From: Candidatus Eiseniibacteriota bacterium
GTDB taxonomy: Bacteria; Eisenbacteria; RBG-16-71-46
Direction: 5' to 3'
DNA: 64,000 nt
Assembly: GCA_033853925.1 (NCBI GenBank)
Contig: JAWOLC010000022.1
Coordinates: forward strand, 6,512 to 70,511
Shown: positions 9,466-20,005 of the stretch, piece by piece
How the letters are laid out: every line of letters begins with the position of its first letter
Numbering within the stretch: the first letter of the stretch is position 1
Made by a program: the position numbers and the translations under genes
The notes under the pieces: generated by a model
What the model saw: only the letters and a program-made list of their open reading frames with translations
What the model was told of the DNA's origin: nothing
Databases searched by the model: none

Positions 9466-10293
9466 GTGAGCCTGCGCTTCGGCACTGCGGGCAACCCGCT
9501 CTCGACGCCGCGCGCGGGGACCGAGCACGCCATCCGCCGAGCCCGCGAGCTGGGCCTCGAATGCCTCGAGATGGCGTGGGGCAACGGGGTGCGCATGCGC
9601 GGAGAGACGGCGGATCGGATCGCCAGAGCGCGCGCCGAGTGTGGTCTCGAGCTGACCGCTCACGCGCCCTACTACATCAACCTCTGCGGAGCCCGGGACG
9701 TCGTGGAGCGCAGCGTGGCCCGTCTGGTCGAGGCCGGAGCGCAGGCCGCGCGCTGCGGGGCGGCGAGCCTCTGCTTCCACGCGGGCTGGTACGGCGATCT
9801 GACCCCGGCGGCGGCCTGGCGCCGCGTGGCCACGCGCCTGCGGGGCGTGATGCGGGCGCTGCGCGCCCGCGGAGTGGCGATCGAGCTGCGCCCCGAGACC
9901 ACCGGCCGGATCTCCCAGGCGGGCACGCTCGAGGACGTCATCGCCTGGAGCCGGGAGATCGACGGCGTGCTGCCCTGCCTCGACTTCGCGCATCACTACG
10001 CGCGCCGACAGGGCGCGGGCAATCGCCACGAGGACTTCGTGGCCCTGCTCGAGCAGGTCGCCGCGGGCCTGGGCCGCGGGGCGCTCTCGCGGCTCCACGT
10101 CCACGCTTCCGGCATCGAGTTCGGCCGGGGCGGCGAGCGCCGCCACCTGCCGTTGACGAAGTCACGATTTCGCTGGCGGGAGCTGTTGCGCGCGCTGCGC
10201 GACGTTCACGCCTCGGGCTGGGTGTTCGCCGAGACCCCGGCCATGGAAGAGGACGCGCTGCGCATGCAGCGCTATTACCGGAGGATCCAATGA
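9466..10293 (+). CDS. Endonuclease IV-like (AP_endonuc_2) TIM-barrel protein
   Basis: RFGTAGNP, TAHAPYYINL, FHAGWY, PETTG, DFAH, HVHASGIE...GERRH, as in the archaeal-type Nfo subfamily. Confidence 0.85.
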   Translation: MSLRFGTAGNPLSTPRAGTEHAIRRARELGLECLEMAWGNGVRMRGETADRIARARAECGLELTAHAPYYINLCGARDVVERSVARLVEAGAQAARCGAASLCFHAGWYGDLTPAAAWRRVATRLRGVMRALRARGVAIELRPETTGRISQAGTLEDVIAWSREIDGVLPCLDFAHHYARRQGAGNRHEDFVALLEQVAAGLGRGALSRLHVHASGIEFGRGGERRHLPLTKSRFRWRELLRALRDVHASGWVFAETPAMEEDALRMQRYYRRIQ

Positions 10294-11447
10294 GTGGGCT
10301 CCCGGCAACGGCCCCGGTGGTCATCATCGGAGCCGGCTGCATCGGCGCCTCGATCGCGTACCACCTCGGGCGCAGGGGCGTGAAGGACGTCGTGGTGATC
10401 GAGAAGGAGCCGTTCGCGGGGGCCGGGTCGACCTCGAAGGCGGCGGGCGGCATCCGCGCGCAGTTCTCGACGCCCCTCAGCGTGCGCATCTCGATGCTGG
10501 CCGAGGAGCACTTCCGGCGCTTCGCCGCCGAGATGGAGACCGATCCCGTCTTCTTCCCGGTGGGCTACCTGTTCCTGCTCAGCGACGCGGAATCCTGGAG
10601 CGCCTTCCAGCGGCAGGCCGAGATGCAGATCTCCCTGGGCCTGCCCGTGCAGGTGCTGACCCCGGAGGGCGCGCGCGGGATCGTGCCGGAGCTGAACGTC
10701 GAGGACGTGGTCGGCGCGACCTTCTGCCTGGAAGACGGTCTGGGCAATCCGCACGAGGTCACGCAGAGCTACGTGACCCAGGCGCGGCGTCTCGGCGCCT
10801 ACTTCCATTTCGGCGACGCGGCCCGGGGGCTGGTGATGGAGGGGCGGCGCGTGACGGGGGTGCGCACGGCCTCCGGGGTGATCAGCTCGCCCATGGTGGT
10901 GAACGCCGCGGGTCCGTACGCCGCCGAGGTGGCCGCCTGGGCGGGCGTGGACCTGCCCGTGCGGCCCGTGCGCCGCCACTGCTTCACCACCGAGCCGCTG
11001 CCGATGGCGCGCGAGACCCTGCCCATGATCGTGGACATGGGCTCGGGGGTCTACATGCACCGCGAGAGCGGCGGCCTGCTGCTCGGCTACGCGAATCCGG
11101 AGGAGCCCGAAGGCTTCAACCTGAGCGTGAATTGGGATCTCCTCGAGCGCATCGTCGAGCCCGCCATGCACCGGGTGCCGGCGCTCGAGTCGGCGCAGAT
11201 CTCGAACGGGTGGGCGGGACTCTACGAGACGACGCCGGACCACAACTCCGTGCTGGGACCGCCGCGGGGGGTGGAGGGCCTGCTGCTCGCCAACGGCTTC
11301 AGCGGCCACGGCTTCATGCACGCCCCGGCCGTGGGGCAGCTCCTCGCGGAGTGGATCGTCGACGGCCAGCCGAGCCTCGACCTCTCGGCGCTGCGGCTGG
11401 AGCGCTTCTCGGAGCACAAGGCCATGATCGAGGCGAACGTCATCTGA
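10290..11447 (+). CDS. FAD-dependent oxidoreductase (DAO / sarcosine oxidase beta-like)
   Basis: GxGxxG (IIGAGCIG), AGGIRAQFS, WAGLYETTPDH, GFSGHGFMHAP. Confidence 0.92.
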   Translation: MSGLPATAPVVIIGAGCIGASIAYHLGRRGVKDVVVIEKEPFAGAGSTSKAAGGIRAQFSTPLSVRISMLAEEHFRRFAAEMETDPVFFPVGYLFLLSDAESWSAFQRQAEMQISLGLPVQVLTPEGARGIVPELNVEDVVGATFCLEDGLGNPHEVTQSYVTQARRLGAYFHFGDAARGLVMEGRRVTGVRTASGVISSPMVVNAAGPYAAEVAAWAGVDLPVRPVRRHCFTTEPLPMARETLPMIVDMGSGVYMHRESGGLLLGYANPEEPEGFNLSVNWDLLERIVEPAMHRVPALESAQISNGWAGLYETTPDHNSVLGPPRGVEGLLLANGFSGHGFMHAPAVGQLLAEWIVDGQPSLDLSALRLERFSEHKAMIEANVI

Positions 11448-12097
11448 TGGCGCTCGAGCGCCACGGGCTGCGGCTCGGCCCGCTCGACAACAACACCTAC
11501 GTGCTGGTCTGCGCGCGCACGCGCGAATGCGCGCTCGTCGACGTGGGCTTCGGAGGCCAGGAGGTCGTCCGCTGGGTGCGGTCGCGGGCCGGGCCCCTGG
11601 TGGTGCGCTACCTGCTCAATACGCACGGGCACTACGACCACGTCTGCGGCGCTCGCGAGGTGCAGGAGGCCCTGGGCGGCGAGTTCTGGCTCCATCCCGC
11701 CGATCGGCCGCTGCTCCAGCGCCTGAGCGAGCAGGGCGCGGCCTTCGGCTTTCCCCCGGCGCGCGCGCCCGACCGGGTGCACGACCTGGCGGACGGGCAG
11801 CGCCTGGACCTCGGCGACGAGGCCCTCGAGGTGATCCATACGCCGGGACACTCGCCGGGGGGCGTCGTCTTCCGCTGGCGGGACGACCTCTGGGTGGGGG
11901 ACACGCTCTTCGCCGGCTCGATCGGGCGCACGGACCTGCCCGGAGGGTCGGCGGCCGAGCTGGAGCGCTCCATCCGGACGCGGCTCTTCACCCTGGGCGA
12001 TCGCCTGCGCGTCCACCCCGGGCACGGGCCGTCCACGACGATCGGCCGCGAGCGCGCGAGCAACCCCTTCGTGGGCGAGAGAGGAGGACGGACATGA
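11447..12097 (+). CDS. MBL-fold metallo-hydrolase (glyoxalase II-like)
   Basis: THGHYDH, HTPGHSPG, GDTLF, HPGHG metal motifs. Confidence 0.93.
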   Translation: MALERHGLRLGPLDNNTYVLVCARTRECALVDVGFGGQEVVRWVRSRAGPLVVRYLLNTHGHYDHVCGAREVQEALGGEFWLHPADRPLLQRLSEQGAAFGFPPARAPDRVHDLADGQRLDLGDEALEVIHTPGHSPGGVVFRWRDDLWVGDTLFAGSIGRTDLPGGSAAELERSIRTRLFTLGDRLRVHPGHGPSTTIGRERASNPFVGERGGRT

Positions 12098-13164
12098 GCG
12101 GCGAGCCCGAGCGATCCCCACGACCTCCCGGAGAGTGGCAGTCCCGCCTGCGCCTGCACCCCACGGCGTTCATCGCTCCCGGCGCGGTGGTCGTCGGGGA
12201 GGTCGAGCTGGGGCCGCGGTCCAGCGTCTGGTTCCACACCGTGGTGCGCGGCGACGTGGCCCCCATCGAGGTGGGCGAGGACACGAACGTCCAGGACGGC
12301 ACGGTCGTGCACGTGGACGAGGGACAGCCCGCGCGGATCGGCGCCCGCGTCACGATCGGGCACCGGGCGGTCGTCCACGGCTGCCTGATCGAGGACGAGT
12401 GCCTGGTGGGCATGGGCGCCATCGTGCTCACCGGCGCGCGCATCGGCACGGGCTCCCTGGTGGCGGCCGGGGCGCTGGTGCGCGAGGGACAGGTCGTGCC
12501 CGCCGGCAGCGTGGTCCTCGGCGTGCCGGCCAAGGTGGTGGGCCCGGCGACGGACGAGCATCGGGCGCTCATCCGCGGCGGCGCCGAGCACTACGTGGCG
12601 CTCGCCCGCTCCTACCTGGAGCGGGCCTTCGCGGGGCCGCATCCGCCCGCGGCGAGCGTGGGCGTGGGCGCGAGACTTCGCGGCCCGATGAGCTTCCTGG
12701 AATGGGGGCAGCTCCTCGCCGTGCTGGCCGAGAGCCCCGATTGGGTCGCCGACCGGCTCGAGCGGAACGCCGAGCCGGCGTGGCGGGGGCGGCCGGCGCC
12801 GGAGCGGTGGTCCGCGATCGAGGTCCTGTGTCACCTGCACGACGTGGATCTGGAGGTCTGGGCCCCGCGACTCGAACGCCTGCTGACCGAGACGGCTCCC
12901 ACGCTCCCCGACGCCGACCTGTCCGGCTGGGAGACGGCACGCGGCTACGCCCAGCAGTCGCCCGCTCGCGTGCTCGAGGAATGGAGCGCGGCGCGGCGCC
13001 GACTCCTGGCGCGGCTCGCGCCGCTCGGCCGCGGAGACTGGGACCGCGTCGGATTCCATGCACGCCGCGGGCCGTATCCTCTGGCCGAGATGGTCCGCTA
13101 CTGGGGCGATCACGACCTGGGCCACCGCCGGCAGATGGCGGAAGCCCTTGGCGAGTTCGCGTGA
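12094..13164 (+). CDS. Gamma-carbonic anhydrase-like LbH domain fused to a DinB/YfiT-like domain
   Basis: N-half: VVRGD, NVQDGTVVH, IGHRAVVHG hexapeptide repeats; C-half: WSAIEVLCHLHD...HDLGH DinB His triad; single open frame. Confidence 0.85.
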   Translation: MSGEPERSPRPPGEWQSRLRLHPTAFIAPGAVVVGEVELGPRSSVWFHTVVRGDVAPIEVGEDTNVQDGTVVHVDEGQPARIGARVTIGHRAVVHGCLIEDECLVGMGAIVLTGARIGTGSLVAAGALVREGQVVPAGSVVLGVPAKVVGPATDEHRALIRGGAEHYVALARSYLERAFAGPHPPAASVGVGARLRGPMSFLEWGQLLAVLAESPDWVADRLERNAEPAWRGRPAPERWSAIEVLCHLHDVDLEVWAPRLERLLTETAPTLPDADLSGWETARGYAQQSPARVLEEWSAARRRLLARLAPLGRGDWDRVGFHARRGPYPLAEMVRYWGDHDLGHRRQMAEALGEFA

Positions 13165-13877
13165 TCCTCGTCCGCGCCCTCCCGCGCCCGGCCAGCGCCC
13201 CGCACCGGTTGCTCCGCGCGCTGGAGCGACGAGGCTGGGGCTGGGGCGTCGCGGGAGACCAGGCGACGGACGGGGATACGCTGCTCCTCGCCCCGGGACC
13301 CGGCGAGCCGGCGGCCGCGACCCTGGCCTGGCTGGCCGCGCGATCTCGGAGCGACCGGGCGCGCCTCCTCGTGCTGACCCGCCTGGGCACTCACCCCGAC
13401 GCCCGCGCTCCGGACCTCGGCGACTGCTGGAGACTGGAGGAAGCGGCGCGCGCCAGCGGGCAGCCGACGCTGACCTTGCGTCTGGCGCCGCTGCTGGGCC
13501 CGGAGAGCCCACTCTGGCTCCGGCTGCGCGCGGTGGCAGGGGGGTCGCGGTGGGGCGAGCGGCTCGTGAATCCGGTCGCGGAGGGGGACGTTCTCGAGAC
13601 CCTGGACCGCGGGCTCTCGGGCCGTGCAGAATGGGGTGGCTGGTTCGAAGTGGCGGGGCCCGAGGTCTGGAGCCTGGCGGAGCTGGCAGCGCTGGCCCGG
13701 GAGACGTGCGGCCCGCTGCCCCGCGGCGCGGGCGCCTGGGAGCCGCCGCTCGAGGAGATCGAGGAGCATCGGCTCGCCGAGGCGGGGCCGTGGCTCGCGC
13801 ACTTCCGGCTGAGCGCGCGGCCGCTGGTCGAGCAGGCGCGCGCCTGGCGGACGGCGGAGGAGGGGGGCACGGCATGA
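13161..13877 (+). CDS. Atypical SDR/NAD(P)-binding-like protein
   Basis: GTG overlaps the upstream stop; TLRLAPLLGP, NPVAEGDV, EVAGPEVWSLAEL resemble NmrA/NDUFA9-like SDRs; no clear GxxGxxG. Confidence 0.6.
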   Translation: MILVRALPRPASAPHRLLRALERRGWGWGVAGDQATDGDTLLLAPGPGEPAAATLAWLAARSRSDRARLLVLTRLGTHPDARAPDLGDCWRLEEAARASGQPTLTLRLAPLLGPESPLWLRLRAVAGGSRWGERLVNPVAEGDVLETLDRGLSGRAEWGGWFEVAGPEVWSLAELAALARETCGPLPRGAGAWEPPLEEIEEHRLAEAGPWLAHFRLSARPLVEQARAWRTAEEGGTA

Positions 13878-14437
13878 AGCGGCTGCTCGCGCGAGGGGCT
13901 GGCCGTCGCGCGCCCCGGCCCGCGGCGCATCGTTCGGACCGCGCTCCCCGCCCGGTGGGCTGCGCGCTGGTCACCGTGAGCGACACGCGGCGCGGCCGCG
14001 AGGACACCGCGGGCGCCCTCATCGAGCGGCGGCTCCTCGCCGCCGGCCATCGGCTGACCACGAGAGCCTGGGTGAAGGACGAGCCGGCGGCCCTGCGGCG
14101 CGCGGCGCGGATGGCGCTGCAGCGCGCCGACACGGACGTGCTCCTGGTCACGGGCGGCACGGGCCTGGGGCCGCGTGACCGGACGCCCGACGCCCTCGAG
14201 TCCCTCGTCGAGCGCCGCCTGCCGGGGTTCGGCGAGCTCTTCCGCGTGGCCTCGGTGAGCCAGGTGGGGCCGGCGGCCTGGCTCTCGCGGGCGGAGGCGT
14301 TCGTTGCCCGCGGGCGGCTGGTGGTGACGCTCCCCGGTTCCCGCGCGGCCGTCGCCCTGGCGCTCGACGAGCTGCTGCTACCCGAGCTGGTCCACGTCGT
14401 CCGGATGCTGGGCCGCTTCTCGCCCGTGGAGGAATGA
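13874..14437 (+). CDS. moaB: MogA/MoaB family molybdopterin biosynthesis protein
   Basis: [39 protein letters not shown]. Confidence 0.88.
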   Translation: MKRLLARGAGRRAPRPAAHRSDRAPRPVGCALVTVSDTRRGREDTAGALIERRLLAAGHRLTTRAWVKDEPAALRRAARMALQRADTDVLLVTGGTGLGPRDRTPDALESLVERRLPGFGELFRVASVSQVGPAAWLSRAEAFVARGRLVVTLPGSRAAVALALDELLLPELVHVVRMLGRFSPVEE

Positions 14438-14994
14438 GGATGTCGATCAAGCCCGATCACTGGATCCGGAAGATGTGCCTCGAGCACCGGATGATCGAGC
14501 CGTTCGCGGAGAAGCAGGTGCGCGAGGGCGTCATCTCCTTCGGTGTCTCGTCGTACGGCTACGACCTGCGCATCGCCGACGAGTTCAAGATCTTCACGAA
14601 CGTGAACTCGACCATCGTGGACCCCAAGCGGATGGACCCGGCCTCCATGGTGGACTTCAAGGGGCCCGTGGCGGTGATCCCGCCCAACTCCTTCGCGCTC
14701 GGCCGCAGCGTGGAGTACTTCCGCATCCCGCGGAACGTGCTGTGCACCTGCCTGGGCAAGTCCACCTACGCCCGCTGCGGCATCATCACGAACGTGACGC
14801 CGTTCGAGCCGGAGTGGGAGGGCTTCGTCACCCTCGAGATCAGCAACACGACGCCCCTGCCGGCCCGCGTCTACGCCAACGAGGGGATCGCCCAGGTGCT
14901 GTTCTTCGAGAGCGACTCGCCCTGCGAGGTGTCCTATCGGGACAAGGCGGGGAAGTACCAGGCTCAGCGGGGCATCACCCTGCCGCGTCTCTAG
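14434..14994 (+). CDS. dcd: dCTP deaminase
   Basis: [36 protein letters not shown]. Confidence 0.97.
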   Translation: MRMSIKPDHWIRKMCLEHRMIEPFAEKQVREGVISFGVSSYGYDLRIADEFKIFTNVNSTIVDPKRMDPASMVDFKGPVAVIPPNSFALGRSVEYFRIPRNVLCTCLGKSTYARCGIITNVTPFEPEWEGFVTLEISNTTPLPARVYANEGIAQVLFFESDSPCEVSYRDKAGKYQAQRGITLPRL

Positions 14995-15096
14995 CCGGGT
15001 CCAGCCGGGCGCCGCCGTTTGCGCCGGCGTGCCGCCCCCGCTACCCTGGCGCCTCTACTGTCGTCCGCTCTCCCGGTCCGCGAGGAGTCCGAAAGC

Positions 15097-15546
15097 ATGC
15101 TGAAGGAGCTGGCAACGGGGCTCAACGTCACCCTCGAGCACCTGTTCCTCAAGAAGCCGGTCACCTTGCAGTATCCCAACGAGAAGCTCGAGATGTTCCC
15201 GCGCTTCCGCGGCCGGCACATCCTGGCGCGCCACGAGGACGGCCTCGAGCGCTGCGTCGGCTGCGAGCTGTGCGCGGTGGCCTGCCCCGCGGACGCGATC
15301 TTCGTGAAGGCCGCCGAGAACGATCCCGACGCGCCCTGCTCGCACGGCGAGCGCTATGCCGAGCGCTACGAGATCAACATGCTGCGCTGCATCTTCTGCG
15401 GCATGTGCGAGGAGGCGTGCCCCGAGGAGGCGATCTTCCTCGAGAAGGACTACGAGCTTTCGGACTACCGGCGGGAGGCGTTCATCTACACGAAGGACGA
15501 GCTGCTCGTGCCGGTGGAGAAGGCCGGCTACCTCCCCGTGCGTTGA
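15097..15546 (+). CDS. nuoI: NADH-quinone oxidoreductase subunit I (2x[4Fe-4S])
   Basis: [23 protein letters not shown] and [12 protein letters not shown]. Confidence 0.93.
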   Translation: MLKELATGLNVTLEHLFLKKPVTLQYPNEKLEMFPRFRGRHILARHEDGLERCVGCELCAVACPADAIFVKAAENDPDAPCSHGERYAERYEINMLRCIFCGMCEEACPEEAIFLEKDYELSDYRREAFIYTKDELLVPVEKAGYLPVR

Positions 15547-15773
15547 GAGGCGGGCGGCACGGCCGGTCGCGGGCCGGACTGGCGGGCGGGGTCCCGAAGG
15601 ACCTCGCCCGCCAGCTCATGGGGGGGCGCGTTCCCGGACGAACCGCAGCGTTCCCACGCGGAACGCCTCCGTTCCGCTGCTGGACGCTGCGGGGGAAGAG
15701 CGCACCTCGCCCAGCAGGTGAAGCCATCGGTCGAGTCGCCGCCCCGGCAACGAGTTGGGTCGCGGCGGCGAGA

Positions 15774-15790
15774 CCGGCACGCGCTCTGCT
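15774..15790 (+). promoter_or_regulatory. Candidate sigma-54 (-24/-12) promoter for hsp20-dnaK
   Basis: CCGGCACGCGCTCTGCT matches YTGGCACGN4TTGCW with exact GG-N10-GC spacing, ~110 nt upstream of hsp20. Confidence 0.55.
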
Positions 15791-15901
15791 TTGCGCCCCG
15801 GCAGGTGATGGCAAAGGCCGCGTGTGGCCGGGCCGGCCGGCCCGCTGGGGCCGGCGACCGAGCCCGGCAGGACGCGTGAAGCTCTGAAGGAGGAACTCAC
15901 C

Positions 15902-16354
15902 ATGGCACTCATTCGCTGGACGCCCGCTCAGACTCCCATGCGGGATCTCGTCGGCATGCAGGACGAGATGAATCGGCTGTTCGACTCCGTGTTCGGCCGG
16001 ACTCCTGCCCGCACGGGGTTCGACTTCGTCCCGGTCGTGGACATCGAGGAGACCCCCGAGCAGTTCATCATCAAGGCGGACCTGCCGGGCATCTCGCCGA
16101 AGGACGTGAAGGTCAATCTGATGGGGGACACGCTCACCATCCGCGGGGAGCGGAAGCAGGAGAGCACGAAGTCCGAGGCCAACCTGGTGCGCTGCGAGCG
16201 GGTGTACGGCTCGTTCGAGCGTGCCTTCACCCTCGGGGCGCCGGTGCGGGCCGATCAGGTGAAGGCCAGCTTCAAGGACGGCGTGCTCGAGGTGCAGGTG
16301 CCCAAGGCGGAGGAAGCCCGCCTGCGGGAGATCGAGGTCAAGGTCGGCGGCTGA
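15902..16354 (+). CDS. Hsp20/alpha-crystallin small heat shock protein
   Basis: PVVDIEE, ADLPGI, ERVYGSFERAF, FKDGVLEV; RBS AAGGAGG. Confidence 0.96.
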   Translation: MALIRWTPAQTPMRDLVGMQDEMNRLFDSVFGRTPARTGFDFVPVVDIEETPEQFIIKADLPGISPKDVKVNLMGDTLTIRGERKQESTKSEANLVRCERVYGSFERAFTLGAPVRADQVKASFKDGVLEVQVPKAEEARLREIEVKVGG

Positions 16355-16505
16355 GTCGCCGCCGCGAGCGGGCCGGCCCGGTCGAGCCGGCCCTCGGAAG
16401 GACGAGCCAGGAGCGACCCGGGCCCCCGGCCACCCACTTCGGGTGGGCCGCGGGGCCCCGTGGCGCGCCTGCCGTCCGGGCCAGACACGGTAGGAAGGAC
16501 ACGTC

Positions 16506-18410
16506 ATGGGCAAGGTCATCGGTATCGATCTGGGAACCACCAACTCCTGCGTGGCCGTGATGGAAGGCGGCGAGCCGAAGGTCATCGCCAACGCCGAGGG
16601 CTTCCGCACCACCCCGTCGGTCGTGGGGTTCTCGAAGGGCGGAGAGCGCCTCGTGGGGTTGGTGGCGCGCCGGCAGGCCGTGACCAATCCCAAGAACACG
16701 GTCTACTCGATCAAGCGCTTCATGGGCCGCAAGTACGACGAGGTGGAGAGCGAGCGGAAGCTCGTGCCCTACGAGGTCGTACGCGGCCCCGGCGGCGACG
16801 CGCGCGTGCGCGTGGGCGAGCAGGAATTCTCGCCGCCGGAGATCTCGGCCATGATCCTGCAGAAGATGCGGCAGACGGCCGAGGACTACCTGGGCGAGAA
16901 GGTGACCGAGGCGGTCGTCACGGTGCCCGCGTACTTCAACGACTCCCAGCGCCAGGCCACCAAGGACGCCGGCCGGATCGCCGGGCTGGACGTGAAGCGC
17001 ATCATCAACGAGCCCACCGCGGCCTCGCTGGCTTACGGGCTCGACAAGAAGAAGGACGAGAAGATCGCCGTCTTCGACCTGGGCGGCGGCACCTTCGACA
17101 TCTCGATCCTGGAGATCGGCGAAGGCGTCTTCGAGGTGCGCTCCACGAACGGGGACACGCACCTGGGCGGCGACGACTTCGATCAGCGCGTGATCGACTG
17201 GCTGGCCGACGAGTTCAAGAAGCAGGAGGGCATCGACCTGCGCAAGGACCCGATGGCGCTCCAGCGGCTGAAGGAGGCGGCGGAGAAGGCCAAGTGCGAG
17301 CTGTCGGGAACGCTCGAGACCGAGGTGAACCTGCCGTTCATCACGGCCGACCAGAACGGGCCGAAGCACCTGACCATCCGGCTCAGCCGGGCGAAGCTCG
17401 AGCAGCTCGTGGACGATCTGATCGAGCGCTGCCGCGGCCCCGTCCAGCAGGCGCTCAAGGACGCCGGCCTGACCCCCGCGCAGATCGACGAGGTGATCCT
17501 CGTCGGCGGCGCCACGCGCATGCCCAAGGTGCAGGAGCTGGTGAAGCAGATCTTCGGCAAGGAGCCGCACCGGGGCGTGAACCCCGACGAGGTCGTGGCC
17601 GTGGGGGCCGCGATCCAGGGCGCGGTGCTGGCCGGCGACGTTCGCGACGTCGTGCTGCTGGACGTGACGCCGCTGTCGCTGGGCATCGAGACGCTGGGCG
17701 GCGTGATGACCACGCTGATCGCGCGCAACACCACGATCCCGACCAAGAAGAGCGAGATCTTCTTGACCGCGGCCGACAGCCAGACCACCGTGGAGGTGCA
17801 CGTCCTGCAGGGCGAGCGGCCGATGGCCGCCGACAACAAGACCATCGGGCGCTTCCACCTGGACGGGCTGCCGCCGGCGCCGCGCGGCATCCCGCAGATC
17901 GAGGTCACCTTCGACATCGACGCCAACGGGATCCTGCACGTGTCCGCGAAGGATCGGGCCACGGGCAAGGAGCAGAGCATCCGCATCGAGGCGTCGAGCG
18001 GCCTGAACGAGTCCGAGATCCAGAAGATGGTGAAGGAGGCCGAGGCCCACGCCGGCGAGGACCGGCGGCGCAAGGAGGAGGTCGAGGCGCGCAACCGGGC
18101 CGACTCCCTCGCCTACGAGGTGGAGAAGAACCTCAAGGAGCACGGGGGCAAGCTGGACGCGGAGACGAAGTCGCGGGTGGAGAGCGAGCTCGGCAAGGTG
18201 CGCGAGGCGCTCAAGGGCGGCGACACGGCGGCGATCAGCGCCGCCAGCGAGGCGCTGCAGGAGGCCTGGCACAAGGCCGCGGCGGCCCTCTACCAGCAGG
18301 CGGCACCGCCTCCCGGGGGAAGCGCGCCGGGCGGCGGTCCCGAGTCCGGCGAGAAGAAGAAGCCGGGCGGGGACGGGGCGGTGGACGCCGACTACGAGGT
18401 CGTGAACTGA
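16506..18410 (+). CDS. dnaK: Molecular chaperone DnaK
   Basis: [48 protein letters not shown]; C-terminal DADYEVV. Confidence 0.99.
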   Translation: MGKVIGIDLGTTNSCVAVMEGGEPKVIANAEGFRTTPSVVGFSKGGERLVGLVARRQAVTNPKNTVYSIKRFMGRKYDEVESERKLVPYEVVRGPGGDARVRVGEQEFSPPEISAMILQKMRQTAEDYLGEKVTEAVVTVPAYFNDSQRQATKDAGRIAGLDVKRIINEPTAASLAYGLDKKKDEKIAVFDLGGGTFDISILEIGEGVFEVRSTNGDTHLGGDDFDQRVIDWLADEFKKQEGIDLRKDPMALQRLKEAAEKAKCELSGTLETEVNLPFITADQNGPKHLTIRLSRAKLEQLVDDLIERCRGPVQQALKDAGLTPAQIDEVILVGGATRMPKVQELVKQIFGKEPHRGVNPDEVVAVGAAIQGAVLAGDVRDVVLLDVTPLSLGIETLGGVMTTLIARNTTIPTKKSEIFLTAADSQTTVEVHVLQGERPMAADNKTIGRFHLDGLPPAPRGIPQIEVTFDIDANGILHVSAKDRATGKEQSIRIEASSGLNESEIQKMVKEAEAHAGEDRRRKEEVEARNRADSLAYEVEKNLKEHGGKLDAETKSRVESELGKVREALKGGDTAAISAASEALQEAWHKAAAALYQQAAPPPGGSAPGGGPESGEKKKPGGDGAVDADYEVVN

Positions 18411-18417
18411 GGTGGAA

Positions 18418-18460
18418 GCGGCGAGGCGGCGGCGGGTGGAACCCGACGCCGCCTCGTCGC
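18418..18460. terminator. Long hairpin between convergent genes, probable bidirectional terminator
   Basis: GCGGCGAGGCGGCG-GCGGG-tggaa-CCCGA-CGCCGCCTCGTCGC near-perfect inverted repeat. Confidence 0.6.
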
Positions 18461-18473
18461 GCGCGGGCGGTCG

Positions 18474-19805
18474 CTACAGGCGCACGATCTTGGGCGAGCG
18501 CCGGCCCTTGAGGGCGTTGCGCGTGTCCACCACGGCGTGGGAGTGGCGGACGATGAGCGAATAGGGAAACGCCCGGTGGGCCGTGGCGATCACGGCGCAG
18601 TCGAAGCGCCGCAGGTTGCGCGGCGTCAGCGGCGTGCTCCGTATCTGGCGGCCGAAGTAGTCCAGCCTGGGCACGTAGGGGTCGCTGTACTCGACCTTGG
18701 CGCCGCGGTCCTCGAGCGTCTTCATGATGTCGAACGAGGGGCTCTCGCGGACGTCGTCGATGTCGGCCTTGTAGGCCATGCCCAGCACCAGCACCTTCGC
18801 GCCGCGCACCGCCTTTCCGTGCGCGTTGAGGGCCTGCACCGCGAGGTCGGCGGCGTGCTCCGGCATCTGTCCGTTCACGTAGCCGGCCAGCTCGATGAAG
18901 CGCGCCTCGAAGCCGCTGGCCCGGGCCTTCCACGAGAGGTAGAAGGGGTCGATCGGGATGCAGTGCCCGCCGAGCCCGGGGCCGGGATAGAAGGGCATGA
19001 AGCCGAAGGGCTTGGTCGCCGCGGCCTCGATGACCTCCCACACGTCGATCTTCAGGCGCCGGCAGAGCAGTGCCAGCTCGTTCACCAGGCCGATGTTGAC
19101 GCTGCGGAACGTGTTCTCCAGCAGCTTCACCATCTCGGCCACCTGCGGCGAGGAGACGGCGACCACCCGCTCGAGGCGCTGCCGGTACAGCTCGACGGCC
19201 ACCTTGGTGCAGGTGGGCGTGACCCCGCCCACGACCTTGGGCGTGTTCCGCGTCTGCCAGGTCGGATTGCCGGGGTCCACGCGCTCGGGGGAGAAGGCCA
19301 GGAAGAAGTCCTTGCCCACCCGGAGCCCGGTGGATTCCAGCTCGGGCAGGATCAGCTCGTCCGTCGTGCCCGGATAGGTCGTGCTCTCGAGGATGACGAG
19401 CATGCCCGGGTGCACGTACTTCTTCACCTGGGCCACGGCGGCCACGATGTACGACACGTCGGGGTCGCGCTGCTTGGACAGGGGCGTGGGCACGCAGATG
19501 CTCACGGCGTCGGCCTGGCGCAGGACGCCGAAGTCGGTGGTCGCCGCCAGGTGACCGCTGCGGGTCAGGGCCCGCACGTCGGCGGTGGAGACGTCCTGGA
19601 TGTAGGAGCGGCCGACCTGGAGCTGGCGGACCCGCCGGGCGTTCAGGTCGATGCCCGTGACGCGAAAGCCCGCCAGGCCGAACTCCACGGCCAGGGGCAA
19701 GCCCACGTATCCCAGGCCGATGACCGCCAAGCGGGCCCTGCGGGCCTCGATGCGGCGAGAGAGGATCTCGGCGGCCTGTGGCCGACCTCCGCGGAGCCTG
19801 CGCAT
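18474..19805 (-). CDS. Nucleotide-sugar dehydrogenase (UDP-GlcNAc 6-dehydrogenase, WbpA/WecC family)
   Basis: GLGYVGLPLA, ICVPTPL, ESTTYPGTT, FSPERVDPG, GGHCIPIDP catalytic Cys; start uncertain. Confidence 0.93.
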   Translation of the reverse strand: MRRLRGGRPQAAEILSRRIEARRARLAVIGLGYVGLPLAVEFGLAGFRVTGIDLNARRVRQLQVGRSYIQDVSTADVRALTRSGHLAATTDFGVLRQADAVSICVPTPLSKQRDPDVSYIVAAVAQVKKYVHPGMLVILESTTYPGTTDELILPELESTGLRVGKDFFLAFSPERVDPGNPTWQTRNTPKVVGGVTPTCTKVAVELYRQRLERVVAVSSPQVAEMVKLLENTFRSVNIGLVNELALLCRRLKIDVWEVIEAAATKPFGFMPFYPGPGLGGHCIPIDPFYLSWKARASGFEARFIELAGYVNGQMPEHAADLAVQALNAHGKAVRGAKVLVLGMAYKADIDDVRESPSFDIMKTLEDRGAKVEYSDPYVPRLDYFGRQIRSTPLTPRNLRRFDCAVIATAHRAFPYSLIVRHSHAVVDTRNALKGRRSPKIVRL

Positions 19806-20005
19806 AGACAGCGGACCGTAGCAAAACTCGCGCGCGAGGGTCAAACGCAGCGGAGCGCGCGAACGGGCGGCGCCGCGCGGCTCCGGGCCCGCATTTGCCG
19901 TCGCCGCCCGGAAACGCGAGAATGCCCTGAGACTCCGCGCCGCGTCTCTCGTCGCTTCGCTCGCCGGGTCGCAAGCGCGGAGCCGGGACGCTGGGGGCTC
20001 GATCC

